A stretch of 64,000 bases of DNA, from the NCBI RefSeq assembly GCF_964355755.1, contig NC_092673.1, positions 18,535,648-18,599,647 of the forward strand, written 5' to 3'. Source of the stretch: Antedon mediterranea (taxonomy: Eukaryota > Animalia > Echinodermata). Of this stretch, positions 25,817 to 36,530 are shown one piece after another. A program made the translations under genes and the position numbers. How positions within the stretch are numbered: position 1 is the first letter of the stretch; the number at the start of each line of letters is the position of its first letter. The notes beneath the pieces were generated by a model. The model did no database searches and was not told the origin of the DNA. It was given only the letters and a program-made list of their open reading frames with translations.

Positions 25817-26104
25817 GTAAGAATTTTGTTCAATAATTTAAAAAAAAATCAATTTGTTTTATCACAACATGTACAATATCAAATCAGAGAGCTATAAATT
25901 TATACCTCACTGATCAAATAGGTGTATGCGGTGATCACTGTGCATAGTAACCAAGGAGTTTCAGTAATGTTTTAATGATTGACAAACACCTGTAAATTCA
26001 CAGGTGTTTTTTAAAAGTTCCGAAAATTTGCTTTTAGAGCTTTCTACAGTTATCCAACTTTTATGAAAAATCAATCTAAATAACTGTATGACTTTTTCCT
26101 CTAG

Positions 26105-26243
26105 ATTATACCTGCTGAGTATCTATGGTGTAAAAGACCATCAAAGACATTTTGTTTAAAAAGAAATATTTCGACAAATGTTCTGAAGGCAAAAGTATCG
26201 CTATCACAAGATTCAAATGATATTCCTGAAGTGGAAGTGAATT
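26105..26243 (+). CDS. Gene 1 exon: UPA-like domain, end (139 nt, phase 0-1)
   Basis: tttttcctctag| IIPAEYLWCKRPSKTFCLKRNISTNVLKAKVSLSQ... |gtacgt. It resembles the UNC5 UPA pattern IP..HIW....TF.L.R.....L..K..V.Q. Confidence 0.75.
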
Positions 26244-26581
26244 GTACGTTTTCCTAATACTAACATTAATAACAGAAGTGTAAACCTATAAATAAGTGTC
26301 CCTCTCCTATACAGACCATTTAAAGAGAGACCTCGTAGGTTGAAAAGGAGAGACTCATGTTGTAGAATCAAATTGTGTTGAAAAATAATGTTGTATTCGT
26401 CTCTCTATTATATTGATCTGTAAACAGGCACAATACGATTTACAGACAGTTACAGAAGTACAATTTTACTGTGTTAGTTAACTTTTAATATTTGAACCTG
26501 TGATGTAGTGTGTATCAATATCATAATAATCACACATAATCTGAAATAATTATTAATATTGAATATTTCATTTTTTTGCAG

Positions 26582-26611
26582 GTGATATTGAAGTATTGGT
26601 TTCAATTCCAT
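26582..26611 (+). CDS. Gene 1 micro-exon (30 nt, phase 1-1): DIEVLVSIP
   Basis: tttttttgcag| ... CCAT|gtatgt. Confidence 0.55.
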
Positions 26612-26870
26612 GTATGTTATATTGTAAACAAGTAGATTAAGTCAGTAGAAACTGTAGTAATTTAGTTTATTTTTAAATGCTTAAAAAGTAAATAATTTAT
26701 ATATTTTCTTTATGAAAAACGGAGAATTCATCCCTCCAAATACAGCAATATCTGTTATGACTAAAAGTTGCACAAACTGCATCTGTTGTTTTTGGTAGGA
26801 ATTCAAATTAACATGCTTCCTAGGACAAAAACAAAATGTTATAATAATTTGAATAATTTATTTGTTACAG

Positions 26871-26900
26871 GTAAATTTGGACCATCAAGATCAGATCCAG
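26871..26900 (+). CDS. Gene 1 micro-exon (30 nt, phase 1-1): KFGPSRSDP
   Basis: tttgttacag| ... CCAG|gtataa. Confidence 0.55.
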
Positions 26901-27428
26901 GTATAATTATTACTTATATTTATTAGTTATTTACATACATTCTCAGTAAGCAGAGGGTCCACTAATTAAAGTTTGATTCATAATTTTCAATAAGTTACAT
27001 TTTATTTGTTTACAAAGAATCCAGTTTCAACCAAGAACAACATTAGAGTGACTGTGTAAAATTTAACAGTAATAATTAAGATCTGCAGTATATTTATTTC
27101 TGAAAAAAGTTTTCTATTTGTCATGGAAAGAAATGATTTAAATGTCAAAATAAAGAAATTTAAGTAAATAAATAACCTTCTGAAATGAGGTCAAATTTAG
27201 ACCATGATTGTAAAAATTGCTCACAAAAACTGTTTAAAAACAAGTTTATCGAGTTTGCAATCATTTGGGTTTTTAAAACGGATTTTTTTTAATAGGAAAA
27301 AATTCTTTTTGTCTACGATTTCTAGTGCCAGAGAAAACAATTTTTTTTTAAATTATTGTTTTTGCCAGCAGAAACAGGCCCATAGCTTCATTATAAAAAA
27401 AATAATACTGATTTATTTCTTTTTGCAG

Positions 27429-27961
27429 TCACTGTAAATCCATGGCAAGAAAGGTTCAACAAGTTGAAACATGACCTTAGTCTACTCTATGTTGGTGATA
27501 AATTTCTCTTACTGAGATGCTGTCTCTTTGACCACATAGGTTTACTGCACCTTACTGATCCAGGTTGCACCACCGCACATTACCTATTTAACAAACTCCA
27601 TGAAAAGCGTTATATCTCGCCTACTAATGTCAGTCTATTGTTAGACATTGCTAAAGTATCAGATCTGAACGATGCTGAAATTCTTATAAATCAGTATGTG
27701 ATTGACAACAAGGTTCCAAACACTGATGAAGAAAAACTTTCACCATATAGGTCAAAATTGTGTAAGGCATTAAAACAATTTGACTTAAATACTTTAAATG
27801 GTGTAATTGCTTTCTATGGATTGGATTCAATAAAAATGCAATTTCCAACCATTTGGGATTTAGTGTTTCACCTGGAGAGAATTGGAAAATTAGTCGAAAA
27901 ATCAGAAAGAAAGAGGTTTGCTGAACTTCTTGGACCAATCGCAAACAATATACTGTTAACG
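27429..27961 (+). CDS. Gene 1 exon: C-terminal tandem DED-like module (phase 1-0)
   Basis: tttctttttgcag| ... ACG|gtatgt. Frame ERFNKLKHDL...LRCCLFD...LFNKLHEKRYISPTNVSLLLDI...LSPYRSKLCKAL...IWDLVFHLERIG is a clear paralog of exon 1744-2295. Confidence 0.8.
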
Positions 27962-28084
27962 GTATGTATTTCGTTAATTAAACATGCTTTTAAAAAACCC
28001 ACAAAAATGCCATTCACCAACCTGTAACCTAGTAGTTATATTTTTTATACAACCTGTAACCTAGTAGTTATATTTTTTATACAG

Positions 28085-28102
28085 GTACTTGCTGATGAAT
28101 GA
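28085..28102 (+). CDS. Gene 1 probable last coding exon (VLADE-stop)
   Basis: Acceptor ttttttatacag|. Phase 0 matches the previous donor; GTA CTT GCT GAT GAA TGA. Confidence 0.55.
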   Translation, partial: VLADE

Positions 28103-28114
28103 GAAGATCCACAT

Positions 28115-30425
28115 CAATCCAAGCAGGTACCATGTTAGACAATTAAGCAAGTACCATTGCCATGTGAGACAATCTAGCAACTACCATTATTGTGTGAGAC
28201 AATCAAGTAAGTACCATTGCCATGCGAGACAATCTAGCAACTACCATTACTGTGTGAGAAAATCAAGCAAGTACCATTGCCATGCGAGACAATCTAGCAA
28301 CTACCATTACTGTGTGAGAAAATCAAGCAAGTACCATTGCCATGCGAGACAATCTAGCAACTACCATTACTGTGTGAGAAAATCAGGCAAGTACTTCGTA
28401 ATTTCAATGTTAACCATGAGATCTGTAATTGTGTTCACCCAGATATTGTTCCCCTTAATAACATTAATATTACTGAAAAAACTATTTTCGAGGCTCTATT
28501 GTCATTGAAACCCAACAAATCCCCTGGACCAGACGGGATTACACCTAAAATGTTATCCATGTCAGCTCCAATTATTGCCCCAGTGTTGTGCAAAATGTTT
28601 AACAAGTTCTTAACGGATGGCTTTGTACCAAAAGATTGGAAACTCGCGAATGTCACTCCTATTTTTAAGTCAGGTAATCGTAACGATGTTAATAATTATC
28701 GACCCATATCGCTATGTTCTATTATAGGTAAGGTTTTTGAACGTATTATAGCAGATAACATTCTTTTTCATCTTCAATTTTTTGGATTTATAAGTCCCAC
28801 GCAACACGGGTTTTATCCAGGTAGATCGTGTGTTACACAGGCCTCAGCGTTATATCATGATTGGTCACAAACAATGGATGTTAGACAACCTCCTGTAATT
28901 GATGCAATATTCCTTGATTGGGAGAAGGCCTTTGACCGTGTTCCCCATGATTTAGTAATCAAGAAACTGCACAACATGGGAGTATGTGGACCTCTCCTAA
29001 AGTGTCTTCACTCCTTTCTCAGTGACAGATTCCAACGTGTTGTTCTTAATAAGGAGCATTCTGATTGGGATAGAGTGGGCTCGGGTGTTCCTCAGGGATC
29101 AGTGTTAGGCCCGCTTCTATTTAATCTCTTTGTTTATGACCTACCTCTAAATACCTCTTCTGTTATGAAGCAGTATGCAGATGACACAGTAATTTATAAA
29201 CCTGTATTCAGTCGTCATGATGCACTTACCTTACAACAGGATCTTTGTAAAATTTCCAAATGGTGTGAGGATAATAAAATGAAATTAAATGCAAAGAAGT
29301 GTAAAGTCATGCACATAACTAGGAAACGTAATTATATCCCTCATTTTATTTATACAATCGAATCCAATCCCCTAGAAGCTGTTAATTCACATAAATATCT
29401 TGGTATTAACTTCTCACGTGATTTAACATGGTCTGCTCACGTTAATGATGTATCGATGAAATCAATGAGAATGCTTGGGTTTATCAAACGGTTTGTAGGT
29501 TTCAATGACACCGAAATTTTACTACGACTTTTTAATGCACTATGTCGACCTGTTATTGAATATGGTGCTCCTGTGTGGGATCCACATCAAAAACAACATA
29601 ATATAGCTATTAACAAGTCATTAAGACGGGTTACTAAATTGTGTGTTGAAGGCGATTTCACTGACAGGCTTAAGATACTAAATTTACCAGATATGGTTCA
29701 AAGAATGAAATTTCATAGTATAATTTTTGTAGTTAAGTGTTTGCATAATTTAATTGATTTTGATATATTTGAATACCTTACAATTAATTCTCGGTATCCA
29801 GAGTCGCTCACCTTTAAACACATGTATGCTAGAACTAATGCATTTAAATACTCCCTGTTTGTTAATTTTCCTCGAATATGGGAATGTATCCCGCATGAAG
29901 TTCGTAACAAAGTCCTGTTTAACTTTGGGGGGTTTAGAAGGGATTTGAAAAAATGTATTACTGATATCGAATTCATCTAGACTATCACTGTGTTTTTATG
30001 TCTTTTGCGTTTTTCGTACTATTAGTTGGGAAAGCCACTCGACAGTGCAGTTCTTTTGAACTGATCCACTTTTGGTTACCCGCAGGTGCTGATAGTACTT
30101 TGTTCTGTTTTGTTGAATGATGCCGTGCCTTGTTTATGATTTGTGTATGTTACCTGGAAATTGAATAAAATAAAAAATAAAAAAAAAAAATACCATTGCC
30201 ATGTGAGACAATCTAGCAACTACCATTATCGTGAGAAAATCAAGCAAGTACCATTGCCATGTGACACAATCTACCAACTACTATTACTGTGTGAGAAAAT
30301 CAAGCAAGTACCATTGCCATGTGAGACAATCTAGCAACTACCATTATCGTGTGAGAAAATCAAGCAAGTACCATTGCCATGCGAGACAATCTAGCAACTA
30401 AATTACTGTGTGAGAAAATCAGCAG
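28115..30425 (+). repeat. 30-bp (60-bp dimer) tandem repeat in the putative 3' UTR, split by a LINE
   Basis: Alternating units AATCAAGCAAGTACCATTGCCATGCGAGAC / AATCTAGCAACTACCATTACTGTGTGAGAA at ~28115-28394 and ~30191-30425. Confidence 0.9.
28395..30190 (+). mobile_element. 5'-truncated CR1-group LINE with open RT frame (28499-29980), 3' UTR and poly(A)
   Basis: KSPGPDGI, NYRPISL, QHGF, LDWEKAFDRVPH, GVPQGSVLGPLLF, QYADD; ends AATAAAATAAAAAATAAAAAAAAAAAA. Confidence 0.92.
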
Positions 30426-32035
30426 CAGCAATACAAGAAATCATTGGGATTTGTTTATTTTAGTTATTTTCATATTACATAAAGCATAGAGATGTTAAAA
30501 CTATATATAATATTAGTTCACTATAATATCTCTATGCATAAAGTGATAAAAGCTGTGAGTTCTTCTTGTCAGAGAATAATAAAGATTCTCTGCTATTTTG
30601 TATACATTTGTACATTACAGTGATGAAATAATATAATTTAAAATGTGAATAAGGTGATTTATTTTTGTATAAAGAAAATTGTAACAATAAATAATTTATA
30701 TTTTGATTCATTTTATCAGTCATTGTGTTTTGTGTGTATAGCAATAAATGATTATTTGTGTTACAAAACATTATTTTTTTCCGTTTTTTTTTTCTATGGA
30801 AGTGATCAACTTTATTAAAACTACAAAATTACCTATTCAAAGTCTGATTTAATTAATCTTCATTTTTCATGTTTTTGGGGGACAATACATCTTTAACAAG
30901 ACCATTTTAAAGACCAGAATTCTTTCATGCTTTTATAAAATGCTTTTAAAGAAGTCATACGTTTTAGCTTTGATCAAGTGTGTTTGGCTTCTATGAGGAG
31001 AGCTCTATATCTTAATTGATATCATAGGTGTTACATTTGTCTTTCTTATTTTGCAATTAAAAATGTTCAGCCTTAAATATAAAACTGGATATTATTCTTT
31101 ATACAAATTTGTAAGGAAGGATTATTTTGGAAGAGGAAGAAGAGAAATGTAGGCCTCCCCTAATAAAAGTTATAGCAATATAATATTTTTATCCATTTTA
31201 CCATGGAGAAATATGATATTAATTATTAACCCGGAGTTTTTATGTTACCGCAATGTGGCCAATCGGGCCAATTACAGTAAATCATGGTAAATATATTATT
31301 TTAAGACTCTTTAATTTTGATATAAACATTGATTGTGCCCTCAATAAAGTTTAATTTCAACAACATACCACACACACCATAAACAAAGTTCTTTGACAAC
31401 ATGTATAACCAAAGAATATAAATAGGTAAAGAATCAACAGTACGCGCTGTTATACATAGAAGGATAGGAAACGGAGACATGCTTTCATGGACGCGTAAGA
31501 ATCTAGCAGCCGAACGACGGCGGGCTCTAGATATGGTTCCCGTCTAATCCCACGTTTGGATTGATCGTGATGATCTGAATGATGTGTTCTCGCGTCTGTG
31601 CTCTACTGCTGCGATCGCTCTACTAGCCTAGTGTGTAGGAGAGTAATACTATAATAATTAATAAATAGGATCAACTAAAATAAAGACTCCTTCATAAAAA
31701 AAACTAAATTAACCTAATTTTACATTTATCACATTTCAATATAAGAAATATATATATAGTATCTATATATTCTCTTCTTTATTGTATCAAACAAAAAACA
31801 ATTTAATACAAAAGGTAGCCAAGATATAGCCGAAGCTAATCAAGCTTGGTACCTTTTATCTTAACTAACTTAAGCTACAAAATTAACAAATAAATAACAG
31901 TTTACCTTTCATGGTCTTTTGGAAATCTATGAAACGTTAAATCGTTGTTTTTGATTGAATTTGTGTAGCAATTACTTGCCACACAACTACGGTTTATGGT
32001 GTCGCACGTCATTCGCTGAAAGTTTTACCTTACCC

Positions 32036-32092
32036 ACGCCTGAAGGTGGCGCACTTCTTCTATCGAAAAAGAAGTGCGCCACCTTCAGGCGT
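32036..32092. other. Perfect 24-bp hairpin with 9-nt loop
   Basis: ACGCCTGAAGGTGGCGCACTTCTT-ctatcgaaa-AAGAAGTGCGCCACCTTCAGGCGT. Confidence 0.9.
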
Positions 32093-33908
32093 AGGCAAAT
32101 ATAGTAACGTACTGCATGCTCTGGGATGTGGTTTACGCCGCCAACGAAACTGTTGTATCTTCTTCTTTTTTATAAAAGTAAGTACAGTATTTACCTAATT
32201 ATGAACTTAAAACCGCCCGGAATTCTTTAGAATAGCAGATAATATTCATTGATAGGCATGATTAAACCTGTCTTACTCATATTATGTTGGACTAGCCTTG
32301 ATGATCTATCTTATCTAGGCCTAAACTAGCTAGCTAGGCCAAGCAAGGCAGTCCCTATCTCTCCGAGTCTGTACTGTAGTAGGCCTACTAGCCTACTAAC
32401 TAGGCCTACTACTCTACTACCTAGAGCCTACTAGGTCTAGGCCTAGGCGGGGAACAGACGATCGGGACCACGGACGAAGACTATCGAGCCCAACAAGGTT
32501 TTAAGACGGTCGGGACCAGAGACGATCGGGCCCAACAAAAAAGACGATCGGGCCCAACAAAAAAGACGATCAGGCACGTTTTATTTTGGTCGCAATTAAA
32601 CCCAAATTTTGGAATTTTTTATGGCGAGTGTCAGTCTAGCTAGGAGGCTAGCTATGTATTTTTTATCATATTTGTCGTGTTTTTTAAACCATTTTGTATT
32701 TGGCGCACTAAATACATTTTTGTGATTATTATACATTTCGTAATCATTTTTATATTAGGTAGGCCTAGGCTATGCCTACTGTAGATTTATTTATTTAGGT
32801 TCAACGATTTTCCCCAAATAGGGGTGTTTTCCGATCGTGGTATACACTGTCTAATGGATGTCCATCTTGAAAAATACCCGCCACAAAAATGCGAGGAGGC
32901 TTCGCATTTTCCTATCTCCTCCTACGATAATTGTTTTTAATAGCTGAAAACTGGTTGAACAGCTAGAGTACAGCATCATAATGTTGAAGACAGGCCGATT
33001 TTCTTTAAAAAATACTATTTTGATAGATTTAATATATGATTATACAAATGTATTGATTTGTGATGAATGGAACATCCCAATCTCCAAGTCTGCCAGAGTT
33101 TGGTTTAACACAAGTAGGTAGATTTATGAGCCCTTGGTTTAACACATACAGTAGGTAAATATATGGGCCCTTTGAGAATAAACTTGCAATACTTTGACAA
33201 TACTGTAAATACCTATTAACTATTTTTAATCCTCATTTGAATCGAACATTTCTTACTGTGAATGTTCGTACTGTTAGATGTAATATAAAAATATATACAA
33301 ATAAACTTTATTACTGAGATTGTGGTTAGGCTCTACTGTTAGATATATAATCACATTATTATATACAAATAAACTTTATACTGACAGTTCCTTCTCAACG
33401 TTTGTATTAACTAATAATTACCAATAATATAAACGTCGTAGTGGTGTATCGTGACATGTACTTTAATATTTCAATCGATTATGACAGTGACAGTTTTAAC
33501 AAAGTATTAAATCGCAAATGTTTTACTGTATTTAGAGGTATATTATTTATAGGCCTATAAAACATGAACAAAATATTTCGTTACTGACTGGATAAAGAAT
33601 ATATTTAAAAATTGTTCCTCTTTGTACCTATCTGCTTTCCAATCTCTCAACCCTAATGTTACTACAAAACACAAATTGGGTTTCTTTAAATGAGTCCAAA
33701 TCAAAAATGTTGACTCATTTTGTGATAAGTTTCTCCTTCGGAAGTAATTCCCAGGGTGCTAATTTTAGTTGACTACATAAATCATCGTGTCTATTTATTC
33801 GTTTCTGTAAACGGCAATGTATTGTAGTCCTGCGGTACGTACATTTGAAATTGCCAGTTTTGTTACGCTGAAATTACTGTGTATTCGAGAACCATCTGTG
33901 GGCACGAC

Positions 33909-33946
33909 CTAGATGGTACGCGAGCGAAGCGAGCGTACCATCTAGT
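33909..33946 (+). mobile_element. Helitron-like 3' terminus (hairpin ending CTAG|T)
   Basis: CTAGATGGTACGC-gagcgaagcga-GCGTACCATCTAG then T. The 5' end was not located. Confidence 0.55.
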
Positions 33947-35440
33947 AATTATAATTATACTAATTAAATGTTAACATTTTAATATATGAACGTCAATGGT
34001 CGGATAATTTTATGTGGTGGTACTGTAGGAGGTGAGACTAGTAAATCTTCCTGTACTGTGCGCCTATTGTTCTTCAGCACGTGATTTTGTTTACCTTGAT
34101 ACAATACGGGGATTCCCCTTAAAATAAAAGGTAGTGTGTTTTCAGAAACAACATTTTCGCGCCGCGGCTCTAGCCAGCTATGTCCCAGGAGGACACATTC
34201 ATTAATAAGCTGTTTCATAGCGGTAGCTTTAGTATCTAAGGCTGACAGTTTTGTGAATTTGGAAACTCGACTATAATTTATAGGTAGCTGCTGGACCCAA
34301 AAAACGTCTGGGAGAAGAGAGTCTATATGAAAGCCTTTGCTGATAATACAGTATTATTGAGATGTAGACGGAAATCTGTAAAATCTTGTTCAATAAATAA
34401 TAACTTCGTTTTTGCTGTCAACCAGGCCGGTATTATAATAAATCACTGTCAAATAATCATTCGATAATGGTCAAAACTTTATTTTGGCTCTGTCAACATA
34501 AAGGGAGGTATTTACAATAACTTTCTTTTGACTGTCAATCTAGGCCAATGTTATAATAATACGCCGTCAGATATTAAATCAATGAAACAGTCCTGGTAAA
34601 TTTTTTTTTGGTTATCAGATGCCGTGGGGGGGGGGGGGGGGTCCAACAAATTATCGTCAGAAGGTGAACAATCAGTCTAGGTAGCAGCAGCAGATTATTA
34701 GGAACGCCTGCTCCATTAATTAATCCAGAAAAAGGTTTGTACATTATCTATTTGTTTATTAGCCTTCTCCTAACACAATTATATTTTCTTTAAAAAAAGG
34801 TTTTATAAGTGGTTTCAAGATTTATGATAGTAATGTCACAGTTCTGTGTCTGGACGCAACTTCATAGACCTACTGTAAAGTATTGAAATATAATAGAACG
34901 CCCTCTATAATTTTGTGGATGTTGCTCCTAGGTCTAATATATAGGGGTGTGACCAAATTCCAGGAGAGATGAATTTCGGGTTTGAACAGCGACACATCTC
35001 CAACTCGACACTTTTCTAATTTTTTGTTGTGACAAATTGTTTATTTGGAACTTGTTTGTAACTTTTACAACTTGTTTATAACTTTGAAAGCTTGGTTAAT
35101 TGTATGAAACATTTATGTGTAATTTGGCAACATTTGTGATTTCGACAACCTTGTTACTTTTTATATGTAAGTTGATTCCGATTTTTTTTTTATAGAATAC
35201 TTTATGTTTATAATGTTGAATAATCGATTATGACGTTATTGGGCTCGTGAGAGTCTGTATCATTATCGATATACATTAGTTGTTTTAATCATATATATTA
35301 TCGTTCATACCGTAGGTAGGCTATAAACTATAACTATGCATTATATACCGTATATATATTTCTTTCCTTTGTTGATATTAGTGATTGTTTTAAATTCTCC
35401 AGTTGCGATAAGGATTTAATATGTCTAATTAGGATGTTTT

Positions 35441-35811
35441 CACGCTGCTGCTCTAGCCCGCTACGTCACACGAGATGACTCATTCATTAGATGAAATCAA
35501 GCAGCTTTATAGTACTACACTTTGACATTTTTGTTAAAATGGAAACTCCACTATAATTTATTGGTACCACCTGTTGAATCCAAAAACGGCTGAGAAAAGA
35601 GTCTAACGACAAATCCCAAAGCATTCTGGTATTTATGAGTCCCATGATATAATTCGCTGTCAGATAATCATTGAATTATTATCAAAACAGTCCATTGAAG
35701 TTTTTGTTTGTAATAGGATACTTGAAGTATCTAGGCGTGATGAAGTGACCCCCAGACTTGACCTTAGCAATAACAATAAGCGAGCAGCGTTTTTTGTAAG
35801 AAATATTCTTG
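35441..35811 (+). mobile_element. Short (~370 bp) Helentron-like element inserted in the BEL 5' LTR
   Basis: Absent from the 3' LTR, which has a T-run at ~42475-42480. Its 5' ~165 bp and 3' end are homologous to the ends of 34154-47355 and 52442-55793. Confidence 0.75.
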
Positions 35812-36530
35812 TTTATGATGTTATTGATACATTATCGCAGTTGTATGCTATTTAGAATAACCTACTGTAGTTTGGAAATCTATACATCATTTGTATTAAG
35901 GTATAACGATTATAAAGTGTAATGCCTGAGTGGTGCCTCATTTCGATTCATTGGAGGGCAATTTAAGTTTTGGTTGCCAATAGCAACTGGATAGTTGAGA
36001 GGAGATGGGTTATAAATTATAAACAAGGATCGAATTATTTATATTGCAGCTGTTTTGAACTGGGAGTAGTTCAAGTGCATCTGTTTACTGTGATTGGTAT
36101 ATTTGAGGCGTCAAAGTCAAGTAGGTTTATATTTTGAACCCCATGGCTCGTTTTAACTTGTAGTGGCAATTGATAAGGAATACGTTTGTTACTTGTTGCT
36201 TTAATGGTAACATTGTTGTGATCGCTATTCTATTGATATGTTTATATTAATTTTAATTGGTACACTTATACACCTTTTAATTTAACTCATTATAATATCG
36301 CTGTAATTTCTTGAATAACGTTGTATTCTGTAACACATTATAGAAAGTAATGTAGTTTCCTTTATCTTCTTTTAGTCATCAGAACAGAACGGAAGATCGG
36401 TCTATTGTAAATAAATTGTAGATATTATATTTGCTGGATCAGTGTCTTTTGTTATCTGCGTCGATTGACCACACACGCCACCAAGCGAACTCGCGTAGTA
36501 CGCTACAGTGATTGACTAGCCTATACGAGT

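Noticed and set aside
28089-28508. Cys/His-rich repetitive ORF suggesting a zinc-finger protein
   Set aside because: Translation of the 30-bp tandem repeat running into the LINE. The phase-matched frame of the exon stops at 28102.
28115-30425. Regularly spaced 30-bp repeats resembling a CRISPR array next to an RT
   Set aside because: The intervening units are themselves repeats (no unique spacers), there are no cas genes, the DNA is eukaryotic, and the RT is a LINE inserted into the array.
32456-32575. Short AGACGATCGGG repeats with variable spacers (also 47585-47740)
   Set aside because: They lie next to inverted termini and are better explained as subterminal transposon motifs than as an array system.
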